Source: Clostridia bacterium
GTDB lineage: Bacteria; Bacillota; Clostridia; UBA1381; UBA9506
DNA length: 35,131 bases
NCBI GenBank assembly: GCA_045652725.1
Contig: JAZRUU010000136.1
Coordinates: forward strand, 1-35,131
Direction: 5' to 3'
Shown here: positions 24,878 through 32,901 of the stretch, piece after piece
How the letters are laid out: each line of letters opens with the position of its first letter
How positions within the stretch are numbered: the stretch's first letter is position 1
The notes under the pieces: generated by a model
What the model saw: only the letters and a program-made list of their open reading frames with translations
What the model was told of the DNA's origin: nothing
Database searches by the model: none
Translations under genes and position numbers: made by a program

Positions 24878-24956
24878 CAAATATTAACGCGGTCACAAAT
24901 GAAACAGCTGTTCTATAATTAACACATACCCCGATAAATAAAGGAGGTTGTTAATT

Positions 24957-25190
24957 ATGGTCAACACGCATTTGCTGCGTTATTATATCGCCGCGAATAA
25001 TGACACAACGGAACAGCTTGCAGCGCTCTTATCTATCAGCCGCAGCTCATTATCCGCAAAGATAAATAACAAGCGTGAGTTTACGATAAGAGAGGCCGCA
25101 ATTATAGCTGAAAGATACAAGTTGAATTGCGGGCAGCTTAGTGAGGTTTTTGGCGGAGGTGATTGTTGTGACAATCGCCGAAGCAGCTGA
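24957..25190 (+). CDS. DUF739-like HTH regulator
   Basis: ATG lies 9 nt after AAGGAGG. The pattern TTEQLAALLSISRSSLSAKINNKREFTIREA is typical of short phage Cro/C2-like DUF739 proteins. Confidence 0.65.
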   Translation: MVNTHLLRYYIAANNDTTEQLAALLSISRSSLSAKINNKREFTIREAAIIAERYKLNCGQLSEVFGGGDCCDNRRSS

Positions 25191-25362
25191 GTTGCTGGGA
25201 AAATCAAAACAGTTTTTGAGAATAGGCTTGCAAAGGGGAATTTTCCCCTTTGGCTATGCCGTGAAAATGTCAAGTAAATATACTTACCACATAAGCAGAA
25301 AGAAATTATATGAATATATGGGAGTGCAAGAAAATGACAGCGAAGAAATTGAAAGAAATTGA
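25168..25362 (+). CDS. xis: excisionase-like HTH (MerR/HTH_17-type) protein
   Basis: GTG lies 6 nt after GGAGGTG. The sequence is VTIAEAAELLGKSKQFLRIGLQRGIFPFGY.... Confidence 0.6.
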   Translation: MTIAEAAELLGKSKQFLRIGLQRGIFPFGYAVKMSSKYTYHISRKKLYEYMGVQENDSEEIERN

Positions 25363-25639
25363 AACCCGCGTGCAAATGTTATTGTTTGAAAATGCGAAAT
25401 TGCGCGCCGATGATTATCTTTTATATGCTGAGTACATTGAAAAATATTATCCCCGATTGTCGGCAATCCCGCTGCATGAGGTTTTAACAAATCACTTTGA
25501 GCGCGGCCTGCCTTCATTTGAAAGCGTTACCCGCGCCCGCCGCAAGGCACAGGAGCGATTTCCTGAGCTGTGCAGCAAAAGGGTAACAATCAGCCGCAAA
25601 AAGCAAGAGGCCGCATATCTTGAATATTCGAGAGCTTAA
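25334..25639 (+). CDS. hypothetical conserved phage protein
   Basis: 101 aa. ATG lies 9 nt after GGGAG. Confidence 0.5.
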   Translation: MTAKKLKEIETRVQMLLFENAKLRADDYLLYAEYIEKYYPRLSAIPLHEVLTNHFERGLPSFESVTRARRKAQERFPELCSKRVTISRKKQEAAYLEYSRA

Positions 25640-25651
25640 CGGGGTGATTGT

Positions 25652-26020
25652 ATGAGCGAAGCAACAGAGCAGATTGCTGTTATTCAATATTGCGATTTTA
25701 AAAAAATTCCCGTTTTTGCGATACCGAACGGCGGCAGCCGCAACAAGCTTGAGGCTGTAAACCTGAAAAGGCAAGGCGTGCGCGCAGGTGTGCCTGATTT
25801 GTGCATTCCCGTTGCCCGCCGCGGTTATCACGGGTTATATATCGAAATGAAATTCGGCAAAAATACAACAACAGATTCACAAAATAAATGGCTTGAATTG
25901 CTCAACAAAAACGGATATTGCGCCGCGGTTTGTCATGGCTTCGCGAAGGCGCAAACCGTGATTGATTGGTATTTTTCGGAGGTTAAAGAAAATGACAGAA
26001 AGCAGGATCAACCGCGATAA
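25652..26020 (+). CDS. VRR-NUC domain nuclease
   Basis: Pattern ...NGG.R...EAVNLKRQGVRAGVPDL...YIEMK... is typical of the VRR-NUC (PD-(D/E)XK) family. Confidence 0.8.
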   Translation: MSEATEQIAVIQYCDFKKIPVFAIPNGGSRNKLEAVNLKRQGVRAGVPDLCIPVARRGYHGLYIEMKFGKNTTTDSQNKWLELLNKNGYCAAVCHGFAKAQTVIDWYFSEVKENDRKQDQPR

Positions 26021-26645
26021 TTATATAAATATATGCGGCTGGATGGTTACGGAGCTGGAGCTTAAAGGCAATGAGCTTATTGTTTATGCTATGATATACG
26101 GCTTTTCACAGGCTGAAAATCAGACTTTTGACGGCACAATGAATTATGTTGCTGAATGGCTCAGCACAACGCGGCAAACCGTCAACAATGCGCTCAAATC
26201 GCTTGTTAGCAAGGGGCTTGTTGTAAAGTATGAGGTTGTCGAGAACGGCAAAAAGCTTTGTAAATATCGAGCTGTAACAAATAGACCTGAGAAGCCAGCG
26301 CAGCCCCCTGCTGCGGATGCGGCTGATGATTCGGCAATATATGGCGAAATCGTTGATTATCTGAATTTGAAAACAGGTCGCAAATTTGATGCAAAGAACA
26401 GAGAAACCCGCAAGCATATTCATGCAAGGCTTGCCGAGGGCAAAACGCTGGAAGATTTCAAGCGCGTTATTGATATAAAATGCGCCGAATGGCAAGGCAC
26501 AAAAATGGCCGCGTATTTGCGCCCCTCAACATTATTCTCCCCGAAATTTGAGGGCTATTTGAATCAAGCCCCGATTGCAAGAAAAGCGGCCGCAGCCTCC
26601 TGCGATAATCCCGCGCAAACATTCAACATTGATGATATTTTGTGA
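25992..26645 (+). CDS. replisome organizer (N-terminal winged-helix plus conserved phage C-terminal domain)
   Basis: The C-terminal YLNLKTGRKFDAKNRETRKHIHARLAEGKTLEDFKRVIDIKCAEWQGTKMAAYLRPSTLF matches the conserved phage replication C-terminal domain as I recall it. The iterons follow immediately. Confidence 0.8.
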   Translation: MTESRINRDNYINICGWMVTELELKGNELIVYAMIYGFSQAENQTFDGTMNYVAEWLSTTRQTVNNALKSLVSKGLVVKYEVVENGKKLCKYRAVTNRPEKPAQPPAADAADDSAIYGEIVDYLNLKTGRKFDAKNRETRKHIHARLAEGKTLEDFKRVIDIKCAEWQGTKMAAYLRPSTLFSPKFEGYLNQAPIARKAAAASCDNPAQTFNIDDIL

Positions 26646-26656
26646 TATTACCCGCA

Positions 26657-26720
26657 TGTGTAAAAATTTTTTACAGGGGGTGTAAAATTTTTTTACAGGG
26701 GGTGTAAAAATTTTTTACAC
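26657..26720. repeat. three iterons, each an internal palindrome (GTGTAAAAATTTTTTACA[GGGG]); candidate origin of replication with adjacent AT-rich tract (26721-26770)
   Basis: Seen directly. TGATATTAC flanks the array at 26642-50 and 26722-30. Confidence 0.75.
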
Positions 26721-26808
26721 ATTGATATTACTAAATATATATAAATAGATATAGCTATATATAAATATTGTCGAGCAAAGCAAAAAAATGAATTGTGGAG
26801 GGCTTAAA

Positions 26809-27033
26809 ATGCAGCATCAAAAACAACCTTGCGCAAAGGATTGCCCCGACAGAACGGCAACATGTCATGCAGAATGCAAGAAATATCTTGAATGGCTGGA
26901 AATACATAAACAAGAGCGCGCTGAGCATGACAAGCTGCAGAATCAGAAAAATATTTATAACGATTATGCAAGGCAAAGAAACAAGCGATTGCACAGGATT
27001 CGGAGGTACAAAGGCGATGGGCGGATATGGTGA
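26809..27033 (+). CDS. hypothetical Cys-rich 74-aa protein
   Basis: ATG follows GGAGGG. The motif is PCAKDCPDRTATCHAECKKY. Confidence 0.5.
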   Translation: MQHQKQPCAKDCPDRTATCHAECKKYLEWLEIHKQERAEHDKLQNQKNIYNDYARQRNKRLHRIRRYKGDGRIW

Positions 27034-27877
27034 CATACTGAAAGAGATTGCGGCGCGGGTAGAAAAAAATCAGGATTTTTCTGAGGCTCTTGCCGAGGGC
27101 GATTATATCAAAGACGGCTTGTTGTATTGCCATAAATGCAATACCCCGCGGCAATGTGTTATTGATATCGGTGACGGCGAAACGCTTAAACCGCCTTGCT
27201 TGTGCCAATGCCGCACAGAGGCAAGAGATAACGCGATAGCAGAGGAAAAAGCCCGCAAAGAAGCTGAGCGCCTTGAAATTCGCCGCCGTAAATATATCAG
27301 GGTTGAGAAGCTGCTGAGCTTCACCTTTGAGCAGGACAAGCAGCCCGAAAGCAAATACACGGAAATTTTCAAGCGCTATGTTAAAAAATGGGAGCAGATA
27401 AAAGCCGAAAACATTGGCCTTGTATTGTGGGGCGAAACAAGCCGCGGGAAATCCTTTTATGCGGGTTGCATCTGTAACGCCTTAATTGATATGGGCGTTG
27501 TGGCCTATGCAGAAACAGAGCCGAATATTATCGACAAGCTTTTTGATGCACCTGATAAAAGCAAATATATTCACAGGCTTGCCAATTATCCGCTTTTACT
27601 CATTGATGATTTTGGAACGGTACGCAATACCGAATACGCGCAAGAGCAGATTTTTAAAATCATTGATGAACGATACAAGGCAAACCTGCCGACAATCATA
27701 ACAACGAATTTTTCCCCTGCGCGATTTGATAAGCCTGAGAGCTTAACAGAGCAACGCATATTTGAACGAATCAAAGCAATGGGGCAATTCATTGAAATAA
27801 AGGGCAAGAATTGGCGGCAGGAAGAAGCGCAAGAAAAAGCGGCGGCATTCTTAAACATAATGAGTGGAGGCGAATAA
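27017..27877 (+). CDS. DnaC/IstB-like AAA+ helicase-loader ATPase with N-terminal Cys cluster
   Basis: Walker A GETSRGKS, Walker B LLLIDDFG. N-terminal CHKC...CLCQC. ATG follows GGAGG. Confidence 0.8.
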   Translation: MGGYGDILKEIAARVEKNQDFSEALAEGDYIKDGLLYCHKCNTPRQCVIDIGDGETLKPPCLCQCRTEARDNAIAEEKARKEAERLEIRRRKYIRVEKLLSFTFEQDKQPESKYTEIFKRYVKKWEQIKAENIGLVLWGETSRGKSFYAGCICNALIDMGVVAYAETEPNIIDKLFDAPDKSKYIHRLANYPLLLIDDFGTVRNTEYAQEQIFKIIDERYKANLPTIITTNFSPARFDKPESLTEQRIFERIKAMGQFIEIKGKNWRQEEAQEKAAAFLNIMSGGE

Positions 27878-27878
27878 T

Positions 27879-28280
27879 ATGACATGCGATGAGCTTTATA
27901 ATCTGCGACACCTGCCGAAAGAGGCGGCACGCCTTGAGCGCCGAATTGCTGAGCTGCGATGCAGGGCGGAGCAGGTTGTGCCTTCGGGCGGAGGCGGAGG
28001 ATCGCGCGGCGGTGCAAGTGATAAGGTTGGAAGCAATGCCGCAAAAATAGCAGACTTGACAAAGGAGCTTGAAAACAGCAGACAGAAGGCCATTGATGAA
28101 GAAATGCGCGCAATGCTGTTCGTTGAGAGCTTAACGGATGCGCGGCTGCGGTTAATAATTCAGCTGTTTTTTATTGATGGGCTTTCATGGCGCAGGGTTG
28201 CCGATGAAATCGGCGGCCATGAAACCGAAAACAGCTGCAAGCAATATTGTAAAAGGAAATTGAAAGAGCTGGAGGGATAG
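27879..28280 (+). CDS. sigma-70 region-4-like HTH protein (candidate late-gene regulator, RinA/ArpU-class by architecture)
   Basis: N-terminal coiled coil, a Gly-rich linker, and a C-terminal ...IDGLSWRRVADEIGG... HTH. Confidence 0.5.
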   Translation: MTCDELYNLRHLPKEAARLERRIAELRCRAEQVVPSGGGGGSRGGASDKVGSNAAKIADLTKELENSRQKAIDEEMRAMLFVESLTDARLRLIIQLFFIDGLSWRRVADEIGGHETENSCKQYCKRKLKELEG

Positions 28281-28282
28281 CC

Positions 28283-29239
28283 TTGAAAATTGGTTTGATT
28301 GATGTTGACGGCGGCAATTTTCCAAATATCCCCCTGATGAAAATATCTGCATGGCACAAAGAAAAGGGCGATAGTGTTGAGTGGTATGAGCCTTTATTTA
28401 GCGGCCATATGGATAAAGTGTATATGTCAAAAATATTTTCTTTTTCGCCTGATTATCAATATTTTATTGATGCCGATGAGGTTGAAAAAGGCGGCAGCGG
28501 CTATTGCATCAAACTCGATAAAAACGGAAAAGAGCAATTTGATGTTTCAAAGGATAAGGCGCTGCCTTATGAAATAGAGCATATTTATCCCGATTATTCT
28601 TTATATCCTCAGCACACAAAAAACACAGCGTATGGCTTTTTGACAAGAGGCTGCCCGCGTGCATGTGATTTTTGCCATGTTGTTGCAAAAGAAGGCCGAA
28701 AATCTTACAAGGTGGCGAATCTTTCTGAGTTTTGGAACGGGCAAAAAAATATTGTGTTATGTGATCCGAATATTTTGGCTTGCAAAGAGTGGGAGGATTT
28801 GCTGCAACAGCTTATTGATAGCGGCGCATGGATAGATATAAATCAGGGGCTTGATATCAGGCTAATGACAGAAAAAAAGGCAGAAATGATTAAAAATATT
28901 AAATCAAAAAACTTTCATTTTGCTTGGGATAATTATGAGGATAAAAAAATAATATTGCCGAAGTTTGAGAGATTCAAAGAAACAACAGGCATTGACGAAA
29001 GAAAATTGACCGTTTATGTATTATGCAATTTTAACACAACGCTTGAGCAAGACCTTGAGCGCATTTATACATTGCGGGAAATCGGTTATTCGCCATATGT
29101 CATGTTATATAACAAGGCCGCTTTGCCAAAAGGCCATATATTAAAGCGGCTGCAAAGATGGTGCAATAATAGATATATTTTTAGAAGTTGCGAAAAATTT
29201 GAGGACTATATCGGCAACAGAAAGGTGATTAAAAAATGA
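28283..29239 (+). CDS. radical SAM enzyme
   Basis: TTG start lies 7 nt after GGAGGG. The CxxxCxxC motif is GCPRACDFC. The N-terminal Rossmann-like segment is KIGLIDVDGGNFPNIPLMKISAWHKEKGD. Confidence 0.8.
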   Translation: MKIGLIDVDGGNFPNIPLMKISAWHKEKGDSVEWYEPLFSGHMDKVYMSKIFSFSPDYQYFIDADEVEKGGSGYCIKLDKNGKEQFDVSKDKALPYEIEHIYPDYSLYPQHTKNTAYGFLTRGCPRACDFCHVVAKEGRKSYKVANLSEFWNGQKNIVLCDPNILACKEWEDLLQQLIDSGAWIDINQGLDIRLMTEKKAEMIKNIKSKNFHFAWDNYEDKKIILPKFERFKETTGIDERKLTVYVLCNFNTTLEQDLERIYTLREIGYSPYVMLYNKAALPKGHILKRLQRWCNNRYIFRSCEKFEDYIGNRKVIKK

Positions 29240-29520
29240 CAGAAATTTTCACGCGAATAAATAAAGATAAATACAATGTAAATTTTACAACAGATAACTT
29301 TGATAAATATTTGTTTGTGCAGGAGGCTGCGCGCAGCTGCGTTGATGCGGATGCACCTGAATCGGGCGAAAATAAAAGCACGCTCGGCGAGATTTGCACA
29401 TTCTGCTCCGTATTTAAAAACGAAAAAGCACAGTATTATATTATAACCCCCAACGGCGGCAAGGCGCTTGTGTCTGTGAATTTCTGCCCTTCTTGCGGCA
29501 GAGAATTGAAAGGAGCTTAA
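29236..29520 (+). CDS. hypothetical protein with C-terminal zinc-ribbon-like Cys pairs
   Basis: ATGA overlap with the radical SAM gene. The motif is CTFC...CPSCG. Confidence 0.5.
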   Translation: MTEIFTRINKDKYNVNFTTDNFDKYLFVQEAARSCVDADAPESGENKSTLGEICTFCSVFKNEKAQYYIITPNGGKALVSVNFCPSCGRELKGA

Positions 29521-29521
29521 A

Positions 29522-29980
29522 ATGCGAGAAATATTATTCAGGGGCAAGCCAAAAGAACAAGAAAATTTTTATTTCTTTTCTCAATGTTGGAAAGAAAATT
29601 GCAAAGACGGTTTTATTTATGGCTCTTTGGTTGTTGATAAAGACAGATATTTTATTTCTGTTGCGGCGCTGTGTAGCAACAGAAGCAATATAAATAACGG
29701 CATAACATCAATGATTGAGGTTATCCCTGAAACCGTGGGGCAATACATAGGCGAAACCGATAAGAACGGCAAAAAGGTTTTTGAGGGTGATATTGTTTGT
29801 CAAGTGTCTTACGCTAAACATATTCATTGCATAGATTTTGAATGTTCTTCTTTTTGTTATTGGAGTTCAGATTATAAATATAGAGTCCCTATTGAGGATA
29901 ATGAATATGGGTTATTAATTAGCGCTTGCAAAGTCATCGGCAACATTCACGATAATCCTGAATTGATGAAAGGAGCTTAA
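29522..29980 (+). CDS. YopX family protein
   Basis: MREILFRGK..., ...TVGQYIGETDKNGKKVFEGDIV... and ...VIGNIHDNPELM are hallmark YopX motifs. Confidence 0.8.
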   Translation: MREILFRGKPKEQENFYFFSQCWKENCKDGFIYGSLVVDKDRYFISVAALCSNRSNINNGITSMIEVIPETVGQYIGETDKNGKKVFEGDIVCQVSYAKHIHCIDFECSSFCYWSSDYKYRVPIEDNEYGLLISACKVIGNIHDNPELMKGA

Positions 29981-29984
29981 AATC

Positions 29985-30167
29985 ATGCTGTTTTCTGTTT
30001 TACGCGGGGAGCTGGGGCTTATGCATACGGAAAGCGTTAAATGCATCCCCGACAGGGCGCAGCTGCTTGATATGCAGCGCGAGGGATATAAATTCAAGCT
30101 TGACGGCAAGGCGGCCAGCGTGGCACAAATTTGCGCAGTTATCGCAGAGAGTAAAAAAGGCGGGTGA
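29985..30167 (+). CDS. hypothetical 60-aa protein
   Basis: ATG lies 8 nt after AAAGGAG. Confidence 0.4.
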   Translation: MLFSVLRGELGLMHTESVKCIPDRAQLLDMQREGYKFKLDGKAASVAQICAVIAESKKGG

Positions 30168-30451
30168 GCTTATTGATTTCCGATGAAACAAAAAAGCGGT
30201 TTGCCGTTGCTGCTGCGAATTGTCATGAGGCGCTTGCAGAGTTTTTCAAAGAAGCTGCCGCGGTTGTTAATGAAATGTTTGAAACAATGAAGAGCGTTAT
30301 GCAGGAGCTAATTGAAAAGCTGCGCGGCGTGGAGCTTAAAGAAAAGCCCCCGAAATTGCGCCCCTGTTATGGCGGTTGTAAAATCAAGAGCTTAACGAAT
30401 GATAAGCGCATCGGGCATATGCCGTATAAGGCGCGCCTGCTTATCAAGTAA
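30164..30451 (+). CDS. hypothetical 95-aa protein
   Basis: GTG start follows AAAAAGGCGG; helical sequence. Confidence 0.4.
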   Translation: MSLLISDETKKRFAVAAANCHEALAEFFKEAAAVVNEMFETMKSVMQELIEKLRGVELKEKPPKLRPCYGGCKIKSLTNDKRIGHMPYKARLLIK

Positions 30452-30483
30452 ACTTAAATTGTAAACAAATTATTAACTTTTCA

Positions 30484-30519
30484 AAATGTCACAAATGTCA
30501 CGGATAAAGGTGATATTAT
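30484..30519 (+). promoter_or_regulatory. tandem 9-bp repeat AAATGTCAC x2 upstream of a TATTAT -10 box (activator-dependent promoter candidate)
   Basis: Repeats at 30484-92 and 30493-501. TATTAT at 30514-19 with no good -35. A third partial AATGTCG lies at 30523-29. Confidence 0.4.
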
Positions 30520-30595
30520 GGTAATGTCGAAAGAAGCAAGAAAAGCCAAAACAATCATATTTTTGCATTAGGTCATAATATCCTCCGAAAAGCGG

Positions 30596-30625
30596 AAAAG
30601 GCAGCGCGCAGGCGTTGCCTTTTTT
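30596..30625 (+). terminator. intrinsic terminator T1 upstream of the endolysin
   Basis: AAAAGGCA...TGCCTTTT stem with a GC core, followed by a T run. Confidence 0.65.
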
Positions 30626-30656
30626 GCATGCAAAAGTATATCAATAAGGATTTTGA

Positions 30657-30682
30657 AGCGTGAGAGTATCACGCTTTTTTTA
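30657..30682 (+). terminator. intrinsic terminator T2 upstream of the endolysin
   Basis: AGCGTGA-gagta-TCACGCT followed by TTTTTTT. Confidence 0.75.
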
Positions 30683-30707
30683 ATGCTTACGAAAGGAGCT
30701 TAAAAAT

Positions 30708-31505
30708 ATGGCAAAAGCAAAGATTTGCATTATTGTGGGGCATGGTAAAAGCAAAACGGGCGGCTATGACAGCGGCGCGGTGAGCAAGGATAAAAAATAC
30801 CATGAGTTTAAAATCGCCTGTGAGATTGCAAAATATGCAGCCTCAGAGCTTAACGCTGCGGGGTTTGAATGTGATCTGATGAATTATGAGGGCGATATGT
30901 ATCTGACGGAGCGCATCGCTGCAGTAAACAAGAAAAATTATAATTTCATCGCTGAGATTCATTTGAATGCTGGCGGCGGTACAGGCACAGAAACTTTTTA
31001 TTTCACAGGATCGCCGACAGGCAAAAAATATGCTCAGGCAATTTGCAAAGAGATTGCTGCGGCATTCGGTGTGCGCAACCGCGGAGCAAAAACCCGAAAG
31101 GGCAAAGATGGCAAAGATTATTTTGCAATTATCCGCGACACAAAGCCCTGCGCCTGTTTGATTGAAACGCTGTTCATTGATACGGCTGCAGACCTTGAGA
31201 AACTCAGCACAGAGGCGGGGCAGGAAAAATGCGGCGTTGCTATTGCAAAAGCAATTTGCGGAGTTAACGGCGTGAAGCTTGAAAAAACATTCAAGGCGGG
31301 CGATGCTGTAAAGCTGAACAATACGCCGCTTTATACAAGCTCAACAAACAAAGCTTTTGCGGCAAAGAGATCAGGCATATATTACATATATGATGGCAAG
31401 GATTTCAGCGGCCGCCTTCGCGTTACGAATGAAGCAGAGAAATGCGGCAAAACGCCCGCCGCTCACTATGTTTCAGGCTATGTTGACAAAAAGGATTTAA
31501 TGTGA
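30708..31505 (+). CDS. N-acetylmuramoyl-L-alanine amidase endolysin (Amidase_3-type catalytic domain plus C-terminal SH3-like binding domain)
   Basis: IVGHGKS..., ...AEIHLNAGGGTGTE... and ...ETLFID... motifs. The C-terminal 70 aa are beta-rich. Confidence 0.88.
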   Translation: MAKAKICIIVGHGKSKTGGYDSGAVSKDKKYHEFKIACEIAKYAASELNAAGFECDLMNYEGDMYLTERIAAVNKKNYNFIAEIHLNAGGGTGTETFYFTGSPTGKKYAQAICKEIAAAFGVRNRGAKTRKGKDGKDYFAIIRDTKPCACLIETLFIDTAADLEKLSTEAGQEKCGVAIAKAICGVNGVKLEKTFKAGDAVKLNNTPLYTSSTNKAFAAKRSGIYYIYDGKDFSGRLRVTNEAEKCGKTPAAHYVSGYVDKKDLM

Positions 31506-31603
31506 TAAAGGAGGGTGCTGATATGACCGTGAAACAGAGTAACGGGCGGTTAAATGGAGCTACGGCTTACAGCCCTCTTTTTGTCTTGTGGGGCGGTGAG
31601 TAA

Positions 31604-32104
31604 ATGGCGCGGCCGTCACTATATGAAACAAAAATAAAGCCATATCTTGAGGAAATCCGCGAGCTTATCGGGCAAGGTATTCCGAAAGCGCAGATTGCTG
31701 CAAAGTTTGGGATTTCCGAAAGTACGCTGTATAAGTATCAGCGAGAAATTGAAGATTTCAAACAAACCGCAACCGCGGGCAAACAGGTGGCCGTTAAAGA
31801 GCTTGAGGCCACAGCTTTCAAGAGTGCAACGGGGCATGTTGTAACCGTTCAAAAGGTTATGAAGGTGCTTGTTAAAGACTATGACGAAAACGGCAAGCTC
31901 AAAAAGGTGCGCGAAGTGCTTGAGCCATATGAGGAAGAACAATATTATCCGCCGAACTCGGCAATGTTGATTTTCCTTTTAAAAAATTGGTCGGATTATT
32001 CAAATGATCCTCAAGCAGCAGCTGCGCGATTGAAAGAGCTTGAAGTTAAAATTGCGGTTGCAAAATCAAATAATTTTGATTTGGAGATAGATAATCATGA
32101 GTGA
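31604..32104 (+). CDS. terminase-small-subunit-like HTH protein (second TerS candidate)
   Basis: N-terminal PSLYE...GIPKAQIAAKFGISESTLYKY HTH and ...YYPPNSAMLIFLLKNWSDY..., a pattern I associate with HTH-type small terminases. Confidence 0.55.
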   Translation: MARPSLYETKIKPYLEEIRELIGQGIPKAQIAAKFGISESTLYKYQREIEDFKQTATAGKQVAVKELEATAFKSATGHVVTVQKVMKVLVKDYDENGKLKKVREVLEPYEEEQYYPPNSAMLIFLLKNWSDYSNDPQAAAARLKELEVKIAVAKSNNFDLEIDNHE

Positions 32105-32900
32105 TGTTTTTGCGCTTGATAAGCACAACAATTATGTCCCGACAATGACAAGAGAGGAAATAATTGCAGCAATTCAGACCGCAGCAGCGGGCGGCTCGCT
32201 TGAGGGCTTTGATAATTGCGCGGTTGTTTCTCAGATCAAAGAGCTTAACAAAAACGCGGCTTTTTCTGTTTGGGTGGGAACTCAGGCAGAATATAATGCC
32301 ATTTCAAACAAGCAGAGCAATGTGCTGTATTTGATTTCGGATGATCCGATGAACAGAGATTTGCCCAACATGGTTGAAAATCTGCGAATAATGATAGTGG
32401 AATATGACAAAATATTTCAGCGGCAAAATGAATCGTTGTCAACCCTCTTGACGAGGTTGAACGGCCATGAAAATGCGATTAATTTGCAGGGCGCGCAAGT
32501 GATAGCACATGATGAGCAGCTTGCGGCACATGATGAACAGCTGCAAGGCCTTTCAAGTGTTGGATATACCGCATTATATAACGGCCTTGAAGAAAATTAT
32601 ACAACGCTCAGCGGCATCGCGATTGCTGAGAATTATGATGCTTTTGATTTCTTGATATTTGAGTTTGAAGAGATAGCAAATGACACATCGGTTGCATGGC
32701 GCGCTCGCGCCATGATGCCAACATTAGAACTCAAAGGCATAACAAATTACGGGATTTATTTAACATTCTATCAGACAGAGGGAAGAACAACCGTTCGTTT
32801 TGATGCTGACAATAAAAAAAGACTTTATTTTTATGGCGAGGGCGGTGCTGATATGAAGCTTGCGGCAATTTACGGATATATCAGGAAAGGCGGCGCTTGA
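32097..32900 (+). CDS. tail-fibre-like protein
   Basis: The N-terminal TREEIIAAIQTAAAGG...FSVWVGTQAEYNAIS...VLYLISDD motif is common in Firmicutes phage fibre proteins. There is a central AHDEQL x2 coiled coil. Confidence 0.5.
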   Translation: MSDVFALDKHNNYVPTMTREEIIAAIQTAAAGGSLEGFDNCAVVSQIKELNKNAAFSVWVGTQAEYNAISNKQSNVLYLISDDPMNRDLPNMVENLRIMIVEYDKIFQRQNESLSTLLTRLNGHENAINLQGAQVIAHDEQLAAHDEQLQGLSSVGYTALYNGLEENYTTLSGIAIAENYDAFDFLIFEFEEIANDTSVAWRARAMMPTLELKGITNYGIYLTFYQTEGRTTVRFDADNKKRLYFYGEGGADMKLAAIYGYIRKGGA

Positions 32901-32901
32901 T

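Noticed and set aside
26657-26720. Possible CRISPR-like repeat array
   Set aside because: There are only three repeats, essentially no spacers and no cas genes. The palindromic AT-rich units next to a replication initiator fit iterons.
27586-28113. 175-aa minus-strand ORF across the DnaC-like / regulator junction
   Set aside because: It is antisense to two well-supported + genes. It has no SD, and its composition is shadow-like.
31523-31603. 26-aa micro-ORF (MTVKQSNGRLNGATAYSPLFVLWGGE) between the endolysin and the TerS-like gene
   Set aside because: It is not listed as a feature because the length is too short to judge. I mention it under the displaced-block finding because of its strong SD and its stop-start coupling.
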